Assembly (NCBI GenBank): GCA_012735275.1
Contig: JAAYHR010000026.1
Coordinates: 33,769 to 97,768 of the forward strand
Reading direction: 5' to 3'
Source: Erysipelothrix sp.
GTDB taxonomy: Bacteria > Bacillota_I > Bacilli_A > Erysipelotrichales > Erysipelotrichaceae
DNA: 64,000 nt
The notes below the pieces were generated by a model. That model ran no database searches. It was not told where the DNA came from and saw nothing but the letters and a program-made list of their open reading frames with translations. Numbering within the stretch: the stretch's first letter is position 1; the number at the start of each line of letters is the position of its first letter. The translations under genes and the position numbers were made by a program. Of this stretch, positions 28,136-35,385 are shown piece after piece.

Positions 28136-30022
28136 TTACTCCTCTACTATAAAGCCATCAGCACCAAATAATTCTTCTGCTTTCATTTCTAATGTTTTAA
28201 CCGTTGGATCAACTGCTTTTTTCAATATTTCAACTTTTATTTCACTTGGTAAATTATTCTTACCTGATCTTTCTCTAAAGGTTTGAATTAATTCATCTTT
28301 ATGTGAGTTAGAAATTGCAAATACTCTTAATTCTTCAGCTAATTTCTCTTTAATAAAGTCACTAATACCAATTTGGTTAGCTTCTTGGTTAATATCATCA
28401 GCTACAATACGATTCTCAACTACAATTAAAGCATAATTTTCTCCAACAGCCAGTAACTGCGAGAATTTTAACTTATGCACATATTTAGCAAATTCAATAT
28501 CAGTAACATAATTTTGGATTTGCGACCATTTACCTTCAATCTTAATTCGATTATCTTTATTAGCAAAAGTTAAGAGTGATAATAACATTTCTGTATCTAA
28601 CTCTAAATTAACTACCTCTTTAACAACTTCCTTAACTGGCTCTAGCGGTGTTTCAGTAACATTATTTTCCTCAGTTACTCTTGTGATTTCCGGACTAACT
28701 TTAACTTCAGGTTCTACTTCAACAACTTCTACTGTTTCCACTTGCTCTGGTTTACTTGCAAGCGGTTGAGTGTTTTCTTGTCTAATAACTGTATCTTTAA
28801 CTTCAGTCTTAACTTCTTCTACTTCAACTTTTGGACGAGTTAGCTCTTCAACCTCTGGTCTTGGTCTTTGAATAGTTTCAACTTGCGTTTTATCCGCTTC
28901 TTGAACCTGAACTTTTGGAACACTAATAACTGTTTCATTCGATTCACCCATAATATTAATCATTTTAATAAACCCTAGTTGAATATATGAATGTAGATCC
29001 GCAATGCTCTTTTTCGATGAGTCAATTTCCATTAGGATATCAATCATTTCTAAAAGTTGTTTAGCACTCGCCATGTTAGTAATTTTTTTGATTGAACTTT
29101 CATCAAGTGTCATAATTAAATCGCTAGATTTAGCATATTTATAAATAACACTTTCTTTTAATATGTTAATTAAATCAGTATTTAATCTTTCTAAGTTATT
29201 ACCATTGTCAGAAATTTCAGTTAATAGTTTTAATGTTTCCATCATATCTGCTTTAAGAATACTATCTAATAGATTGATCTTATCATCCTTTGTGACAATT
29301 CCGTATATTCTACGAACATCTTCTAATTGAATATTATCAACTGAGTAAGCAATTGCTTGCTCAAGGATTGAAAGACTCTCTCTTACTCCGCCATCTGCTA
29401 AATTACTAATTAAATCAACCGCCTTATCCTCATAAGCAACTGATTCTTTATCTAGAATTTTAACAATATTACTAGCTATATCTGCTTCTGATACACGTGT
29501 GAAATCATATCTTTGACAACGTGAAATAATTGTTGGAATGACTTTGTGTGGTTCAGTTGTTGCTAGGATAAATACTACATGCTTAGGTGGTTCTTCTAAT
29601 GTCTTTAGTAAGGCATTAAAGGCACCTAGTGATAGCATATGAACCTCATCAATGATATACACTTTATATTTACCATTAAGGGGAGCGTACTTAACCTTCT
29701 CGATAATATTTCTGATTTCTTCAACTCCGTTATTTGAAGCCGCGTCAATTTCCACGATATCAGGATGAATATTGTTCTTAGTATTTAAACAGTTATCACA
29801 CTGATCACATATAACTTCCGTTTCACTAGTACAGTTAATTGCTTTTGCAAAAAGTTTAGCAATAGAAGTTTTACCATTTCCTGATGGGCCTGAAAAAAGA
29901 TAAGCATGAGCCAATCGATTTTTCTCTAAAGCATTGTTTAAAGTTGTTACAATATGCTTTTGTCCTATCACATCTTCAAATGTTGATGGACGATATTTTC
30001 TATATAATGCTGTATATCCCAT
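28136..30022 (-). CDS. dnaX: DNA polymerase III subunit gamma/tau
   Basis: ALYRKYRP..F.DV.GQ, Walker A GPSGNGKTS, zinc module CDQCDNC, and SRCQRYDF. An E/V/P/K-rich linker lies in the C-terminal half. Confidence 0.95.
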   Translation of the reverse strand: MGYTALYRKYRPSTFEDVIGQKHIVTTLNNALEKNRLAHAYLFSGPSGNGKTSIAKLFAKAINCTSETEVICDQCDNCLNTKNNIHPDIVEIDAASNNGVEEIRNIIEKVKYAPLNGKYKVYIIDEVHMLSLGAFNALLKTLEEPPKHVVFILATTEPHKVIPTIISRCQRYDFTRVSEADIASNIVKILDKESVAYEDKAVDLISNLADGGVRESLSILEQAIAYSVDNIQLEDVRRIYGIVTKDDKINLLDSILKADMMETLKLLTEISDNGNNLERLNTDLINILKESVIYKYAKSSDLIMTLDESSIKKITNMASAKQLLEMIDILMEIDSSKKSIADLHSYIQLGFIKMINIMGESNETVISVPKVQVQEADKTQVETIQRPRPEVEELTRPKVEVEEVKTEVKDTVIRQENTQPLASKPEQVETVEVVEVEPEVKVSPEITRVTEENNVTETPLEPVKEVVKEVVNLELDTEMLLSLLTFANKDNRIKIEGKWSQIQNYVTDIEFAKYVHKLKFSQLLAVGENYALIVVENRIVADDINQEANQIGISDFIKEKLAEELRVFAISNSHKDELIQTFRERSGKNNLPSEIKVEILKKAVDPTVKTLEMKAEELFGADGFIVEE

Positions 30023-30038
30023 ATATAATCTCCTTCTA

Positions 30039-31400
30039 TTAATTAAATACTTTGTTTAAATTGTGAATTAGTAAGTCATAATCACTATTGATAATTAAGC
30101 TATCATAAGACTTAGATTTCTTTAATAAGTCATTCATAAAGGTTCTGACAACTACCATTACATTGTACAAGTTTTCTTCATATATTACTTCAACACTATT
30201 TTGATCAACTAATACTTGCGCAACAATTCTAATTACATCATCATGCAAGCCTGGTAGTTTAACATTAGTGTTAATTTGCGCAATAATGTTTTGAAACCAT
30301 CTTGGCTCAAAAATTAAATCTTCAATAAAGCTGATAAAGCCATTAAATTTAAGCGTAGCGTCTGCATCTTTTAACATTAAGAGCATAGCAAACAATACAT
30401 GCCAATCAAAATCGATATTGATTACTTCATAACAGTAGTTACCAAATATATGATGGAAGACACTTAGATGATCATTATCCTTTTCAATATTAATTGACCT
30501 TGTGAAATCCATATCCGTTTTAGAAAGTAGATCTAACTTTTCAAAATAGTTAAGCATAATTAACTGCGGATAGTCTGATGTAACAAAGTCATCTAAATAT
30601 AGGTAGTGTGACAATAAGGCTGATATCTTCTTAATATCAATCTCAATCTGTGAAGTTTCTTTTAACTTATTTGCAAAGATGTTATTTATCTCTTTACCAA
30701 GGAAAGCTTTAAAGTTAGTTCCATCCATTCCTAAAGAGTCATTACCCTTATAGGTCATCTCAGTATAGATTTGCGTTAACTGACTATCAATAACATCAAG
30801 ATTACTCTTAACAGATAGTAATAGGTCTTTTAAGAATGAATCAAAGAGTAGATAGTTATTGTTCTTATAAATAACTTCATGTTCTATTCCAGACCAGAAT
30901 GTATTGATTAGTGACTTAATCTGTAATTCAAAATTAGTTTTAACATCATTATTGATGAAATAACCATCAATTCTATATATATCAAAGCCATTATTTTGAA
31001 TTTGTGGCTGTTTCATCGAAAAATTCATAAAAATACTTGGATCAGTTTTTGACTGAGCATAGCCTGAATCAGATAGATTAAAGTTTTCTTCTAATAAACT
31101 ATAGATCGCCGCTTCATCTTCTTTAAAGCGACATTCAATCGTAACTCCAATTACATCTGATAAATTATCGATAATATCTTGAGCATTATCGAACTCTAAG
31201 TAATACTTACGTTTAACTATCTTGTTTCTTAAACTAACATCACTTTTAACGCGTGAAGTAGTTCCAATATATTTCTCATTAGCACCTACTACATCATGTA
31301 AGAAGTTATTAACATATTCTTCTATTTCATTGTAGCGATTGTAGCTTTGATTAAATAACTCTACTGTTTCATCTACGATTTTAAATAGTTTCAATTTCAT
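30039..31400 (-). CDS. RelA/SpoT-domain (small alarmone synthetase-like) protein with a long uncharacterised C-terminal extension
   Basis: TSRVKSDVSLRNKIVKRK, SDVIGVTIECRF, NGFDIYRIDGYF and FELQIKSLINTFWSGIEHEVIYK align with the RelQ/YjbM motifs GRVKxxxSxxxKxxRK, DIAGLRIMCQF, GYRSYH and EIQIRTLAMNFWATIEHSLNYK (recalled from memory). I chose the start at M13 (MKLKLFK); the track's GTG start is 36 nt further upstream. Confidence 0.7.
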   Translation of the reverse strand: MKLKLFKIVDETVELFNQSYNRYNEIEEYVNNFLHDVVGANEKYIGTTSRVKSDVSLRNKIVKRKYYLEFDNAQDIIDNLSDVIGVTIECRFKEDEAAIYSLLEENFNLSDSGYAQSKTDPSIFMNFSMKQPQIQNNGFDIYRIDGYFINNDVKTNFELQIKSLINTFWSGIEHEVIYKNNNYLLFDSFLKDLLLSVKSNLDVIDSQLTQIYTEMTYKGNDSLGMDGTNFKAFLGKEINNIFANKLKETSQIEIDIKKISALLSHYLYLDDFVTSDYPQLIMLNYFEKLDLLSKTDMDFTRSINIEKDNDHLSVFHHIFGNYCYEVINIDFDWHVLFAMLLMLKDADATLKFNGFISFIEDLIFEPRWFQNIIAQINTNVKLPGLHDDVIRIVAQVLVDQNSVEVIYEENLYNVMVVVRTFMNDLLKKSKSYDSLIINSDYDLLIHNLNKVFN

Positions 31401-32334
31401 AACCTTCTCTCGTCTTAGAATCAAAGAAATCCTCACTTGCTTGAATATCTTTATGCATTTGGCTAATTAGCTCCTCAACACTCGCAAATTTAAGTTCATC
31501 GCGAATTCTTTTTATAAATTTAAAACTGACACGCTCATTATAGATATCCTCATCAAAATCATGAATGAATGATTCAACTGATTTATCGATAACAGTATTA
31601 ACCGTTGGATTGTGACCTATATTAATAGTTGAGACATAGTTCTTACCTCTAACTGTCGTAATTCCAATATAAATACCATCACGCGGAAGGATCTTAGTTT
31701 TTGAGTAAGAAAGGTTAACAGTTGGAAAGCCAATTGTACGTCCTAATTTTCTTCCATGTTTTACATAACCATCAATAGCATATGGTTTAGTTAGGTATTT
31801 CTCGACTGAAACTAAATCACCTTCACTTAAGGCTGATTTAATTAAAGTTGAAGAGATACGATTATCTTCAGCTTTTATATCATTAATGACACTGAGTGAA
31901 AAACGCTTATCAGTTTTTAAACTTTCAACTGATCCTGCCCCTTTAAAACCATATCTAAAGTCTTCACCACAAACTAAGTGTTTAATGTTCATCTTTTGAA
32001 TTATTTCTTCATGAAACTCATCTGGACTTAACTGTGATAACTTCTTATTAAACTTCAAGATAATTATTTGATCTAAGCCTATTTCTTCAGCTAACTTAAT
32101 TCGCTCACTAATTGTCGTAAGTAAATGCTCTTCTGATTTAAGTAGAAATGACTGTGGTGATGGCGAAAAAGTAATTAAAGAAGACTTTAATCCCTTTTCT
32201 TTAGCAATCTCCATCGCTTTAGCGATTAATTGGCGGTGGCCTGCATGAAGTCCATCAAAAAAACCGATAGCACTAACGCTAGCGTCCATATGACTATTAA
32301 TACTTCCCCCTACTTGTAGATGTATTATTCTCAT
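31381..32334 (-). CDS. ribF: bifunctional riboflavin kinase / FMN adenylyltransferase
   Basis: AIGFFDGLHAGHRQL FAD-synthetase motif, and the C-terminal riboflavin-kinase motifs GFPTVN and E..I.DF..D.Y. ATG 32332-32334 overlaps the truB stop (TAATG). Confidence 0.92.
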   Translation of the reverse strand: MRIIHLQVGGSINSHMDASVSAIGFFDGLHAGHRQLIAKAMEIAKEKGLKSSLITFSPSPQSFLLKSEEHLLTTISERIKLAEEIGLDQIIILKFNKKLSQLSPDEFHEEIIQKMNIKHLVCGEDFRYGFKGAGSVESLKTDKRFSLSVINDIKAEDNRISSTLIKSALSEGDLVSVEKYLTKPYAIDGYVKHGRKLGRTIGFPTVNLSYSKTKILPRDGIYIGITTVRGKNYVSTINIGHNPTVNTVIDKSVESFIHDFDEDIYNERVSFKFIKRIRDELKFASVEELISQMHKDIQASEDFFDSKTREGYEIETI

Positions 32335-33173
32335 TACCAAAGACCTCGCTTACACTTAAATGTTTTATTATCTTCTCTTTCATAAAATGCCATTGATTTA
32401 TTATTAATTGTAATTAGTACTAAATCTTCAGCTACGTCGAGTTCAATTCTTCGTCCATTGAAGATATCAGCTTGATCTGGGTATTCAACCTTCTTATAAG
32501 CCTCTAATACTATTTCTGGATCAACGAACTTTAATTCATTGTTTTTTAATTGATCAATTGAGATAGCATCTTCTAAATACATCTGACCAACTCGCGTACG
32601 AACTAACGATGTCATAACCCCTAGATTACCAAGTTTAACCGCGATATCAGCAATTAAAGTTCTAATATAGGTACCTGATGAACAAGCAACACGTACTTTA
32701 TATGAATCTTCGAAATCTAATAACTCTATCTCACTAATATGAACCTGACGAGATGGTATTTCAACTGGTTCATTAGCACGAGCATACTCGTATAACTTCT
32801 TACCATTTACTTTTATTGCTGAGTAGATTGGTGGTGTCTGAGTGATATCACCTAAAAATGATTTAAGCACTTCTTCAAACTCTGCTTTAGAGAATTCTTT
32901 AACTGCTTGTTCTTGAACTTTCTCGCCCCACTGGTCTAATGTATCAGTCGTATAACCAAATTCCATTTGGAAAATATACTCCTTATCATCATTTTGTAAG
33001 TAGTTTACTAACTTAGTCGCATTATTAACTGCTAAAACCATTAAACCCGTGGCATTTGGATCTAATGTACCGGTATGACCTATTTTTTTAGTTCTTAAAC
33101 TTCTGCGCGCTATGTTAACTAAATCATGTGATGTCATATCCATCTCTTTATTAATTAAAATTAATTTGTTCAT
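32334..33173 (-). CDS. truB: tRNA pseudouridine(55) synthase
   Basis: KKIGHTGTLDP catalytic Asp motif and GTYIRTL. 279 aa. Confidence 0.92.
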   Translation of the reverse strand: MNKLILINKEMDMTSHDLVNIARRSLRTKKIGHTGTLDPNATGLMVLAVNNATKLVNYLQNDDKEYIFQMEFGYTTDTLDQWGEKVQEQAVKEFSKAEFEEVLKSFLGDITQTPPIYSAIKVNGKKLYEYARANEPVEIPSRQVHISEIELLDFEDSYKVRVACSSGTYIRTLIADIAVKLGNLGVMTSLVRTRVGQMYLEDAISIDQLKNNELKFVDPEIVLEAYKKVEYPDQADIFNGRRIELDVAEDLVLITINNKSMAFYEREDNKTFKCKRGLW

Positions 33174-33177
33174 TGAC

Positions 33178-33642
33178 TCACCGTTTTCTTTTGTTTATTA
33201 AAAAATCATTTATTATTTTATTTGCTTCAACTTCTTTTACTCCACTAGTCACAAATACTTTATGACTATGGTTATTTTCAAAAATATGTTTTGAACTTAC
33301 TACTGCACCATCACGATTATCTAAGGCACCAAATACAACTCGATTTATTCTTGAATGAACGATAGCTCCTGCACACATTGGGCATGGTTCTAAAGTTACA
33401 TACATTGTTGTATTTTCTAATCGCCAATTAGCTAATTCTTTTGCTGCAGCATCAATTGCTAGGATTTCTGCATGAGCAGTCGCTAAGTTTAAGGCTTCTT
33501 TTAAGTTGTGTGCTCGACTAAGGATTTTATCATCCTTAACTATTAGGCATCCAACAGGTATTTCGCCCTTATCAAAGGCTTTTTGAGCTTCTTCTAAAGC
33601 TATGTTCATGTAATATTCATCATCTTTTTTAATGAAAATCAC
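33178..33642 (-). CDS. tadA: tRNA adenosine(34) deaminase
   Basis: CDA-fold motifs HAE ... PCPMCAG. 154 aa. The start codon is uncertain (GTG at 33640-33642 without a clear SD). Confidence 0.88.
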   Translation of the reverse strand: MIFIKKDDEYYMNIALEEAQKAFDKGEIPVGCLIVKDDKILSRAHNLKEALNLATAHAEILAIDAAAKELANWRLENTTMYVTLEPCPMCAGAIVHSRINRVVFGALDNRDGAVVSSKHIFENNHSHKVFVTSGVKEVEANKIINDFLINKRKR

Positions 33643-33683
33643 CTCTTTACGCCATTATATTGTAACATATTAAGCATTAAAAA

Positions 33684-33760
33684 AGGCACACACAAATAGG
33701 GATTGAGTAAGGCTGCTTCCTTCCGGACCTGACCTGGTTACAATATATTTGTTGTGCCTA
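33684..33760 (-). ncRNA. ffs: signal recognition particle RNA, minimal 4.5S-type (~80 nt)
   Basis: The minus strand reads AGGCACAACAAATATATTGTAACCAGGTCAGGTCCGGAAGGAAGCAGCCTTACTCAATCCCTATTTGTGTGTGCCTTTTT. It contains the universal domain IV core ACCAGGUCAGGUCCGGAAGGAAGCAGCC. The terminal helix pairs AGGCACA(A/C)CAAATA with TATTTGTGTGTGCC and is followed by a U-run. Confidence 0.9.
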
Positions 33761-33764
33761 AGAC

Positions 33765-33793
33765 ATTATATAATTTATTTTAATTTAAATCAA
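33765..33793 (-). promoter_or_regulatory. sigma-A type promoter of ffs
   Basis: On the minus strand: TTGATT (33788-33793), a 17-nt spacer, then TATAAT (33765-33770). The RNA helix begins about 5 nt downstream. Confidence 0.6.
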
Positions 33794-33834
33794 ATGTCTA
33801 TGATCTTTTATTTAGTTTTGTTACACGTGTAACA

Positions 33835-35118
33835 TTACTTTGGGTTAATGATTGTTTGACCACCCATAAATGGTCTTAAAGCTTCAGGGATATTAACTGA
33901 TCCATCAGCATTAACATTGTTCTCAAAGAATGCGATTAACATACGCGGTGGCGCTACTACAGTATTGTTTAATGTATGTGGGTAGTAATTACCTTCTTCA
34001 CCAGCAACACGGATTTTTAAGCGACGTGCTTGTGCTTCACCTAAGTTAGATGCTGAACATACTTCAAAGTATTTACCTTGTCTTGGAGACCATGCTTCAA
34101 CATCCACTGATTTAACTTTTAGGTCTGCTAAGTCACCACTACAGCATTCAATTACTTGAACAGGGATATCAAGACTTAAGAATAACTCTACTGAATACTT
34201 ATAAAGTTTATCAAACCATTCTTTTGAATCTTTAGGATCACATAATACTACCATCTCTTGTTTCTCGAACTGGTGAACACGATAAACTCCACGTTCTTCA
34301 ATACCATGAGCCCCTACTTCTTTTCTAAAGCAAGGTGAAAATGACGTTAAAGTTTGTGGTAATTGATCTTTATCAGTAATACTGTCCATATAGCGACCAA
34401 TTGTCGAGTGTTCACTCGTTCCAATTAAATAAAGGTCTTCCCCTTCAATCTTATACATCATGTTATCCATCTCTTCGAAACTCATAACTCCACTAACAAC
34501 TTCTTCGCGAATCATGTATGGCGGGATAACATAAGTAAATCCTTTCGCAATCATAAACTCACGTGCATATGAAATAACTGCTGAGTGAATACGTGCGACA
34601 TCACCTAATAAGTAGTAAAAACCTGAACCAGAAGTCTTTCTAGCTGATTCTAAGTCTAAACCACCAAGATTAGTCATAATATCTGCATGATATGGGACTT
34701 CAAAGTCTTTAGCACTAATATCTCCATGAGTTTCAATTACAACGTTCTCAGTATCATCTTTACCAATTGGTACTGAATCATCCATTATATTAGGGATCGT
34801 AAACATAATTTCTTTGTAACGTGCTTGTTTTTCAACTAAGTCAGCTTCAAGTTGCGTTAGACGTTCGCCAATGTTACGGACTTCATCTTTGATAACTTCT
34901 GCTTCATCACGTTTGCCCGCTCCCATTAGTTTACCGATTTCTTTACTTGTAGTATTTCTTTTCGATCTTAATTGATCTCCCTCAGTTTGAATCTCTCTTA
35001 ATTCTTTATCTAAGGCAATTACTTCATCAACTAGCGGTACGCGTTCATCTTGGAACTTTTTGCGCATGTTTTCTTTAACCATTTCTGGATTAGCTCTAAT
35101 TACTTTAATATCTAACAT
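33835..35118 (-). CDS. serS: serine--tRNA ligase
   Basis: MLDIKVIR N-terminal coiled-coil arm and class II motifs (FRKE..., GSGFYYL, TLNNT..A..R). 427 aa. Confidence 0.95.
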   Translation of the reverse strand: MLDIKVIRANPEMVKENMRKKFQDERVPLVDEVIALDKELREIQTEGDQLRSKRNTTSKEIGKLMGAGKRDEAEVIKDEVRNIGERLTQLEADLVEKQARYKEIMFTIPNIMDDSVPIGKDDTENVVIETHGDISAKDFEVPYHADIMTNLGGLDLESARKTSGSGFYYLLGDVARIHSAVISYAREFMIAKGFTYVIPPYMIREEVVSGVMSFEEMDNMMYKIEGEDLYLIGTSEHSTIGRYMDSITDKDQLPQTLTSFSPCFRKEVGAHGIEERGVYRVHQFEKQEMVVLCDPKDSKEWFDKLYKYSVELFLSLDIPVQVIECCSGDLADLKVKSVDVEAWSPRQGKYFEVCSASNLGEAQARRLKIRVAGEEGNYYPHTLNNTVVAPPRMLIAFFENNVNADGSVNIPEALRPFMGGQTIINPK

Positions 35119-35123
35119 AATAT

Positions 35124-35335
35124 CTCTCCTTTAAAATAAAAAAAGATATCGTCAGGGACGATATCTCGTGTTGCCACCCTTATTTGATGTTTCACGTGAA
35201 ACATCCTCAAAGTTTTAACGGTACTACCGGGCTAGGCCATGCAAGAAAGTAGATTTCGCTTGCTTAGTAAGTAACTTTCACCAATCGTTACCTCTCTAAA
35301 TACTTCTACAAGCTACTTAGCTTTCTTATTGCTAT
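35124..35335 (-). promoter_or_regulatory. T-box riboswitch leader of serS (putative UCU Ser specifier) with terminator hairpin at 35134-35166
   Basis: Minus-strand elements in order: stem I AGAGAGG...GGTGAAAG, a specifier-loop-like GAAAUCUA (UCU at 35251-35253), the T-box sequence AAUAAGGGUGGCAACACGAG (35160-35180 region), then the terminator AGAUAUCGUC-CCU-GACGAUAUCU-UUUUUUU. Confidence 0.85.
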
Positions 35336-35341
35336 GCATGA

Positions 35342-35370
35342 ATTATAACCTATAACCCATTTATATACAA
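35342..35370 (-). promoter_or_regulatory. sigma-A type promoter of the serS T-box leader
   Basis: On the minus strand: TTGTAT (35365-35370), a 17-nt spacer, then TATAAT (35342-35347). Confidence 0.6.
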
Positions 35371-35385
35371 TAAATCATTTATGAC

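Noticed and set aside
28136-30022. Possible programmed -1 frameshift site in dnaX (TTGAAAAAAGCA, complement of about 28211-28222), plus a repetitive E/V/P/K-rich segment.
   Set aside because: The A-run lies about 25 codons from the C-terminus and is not in the A-AAA-AAG register used in E. coli, so it cannot generate a gamma subunit. The repetitive segment is the usual low-complexity tau linker, not a DNA tandem repeat.
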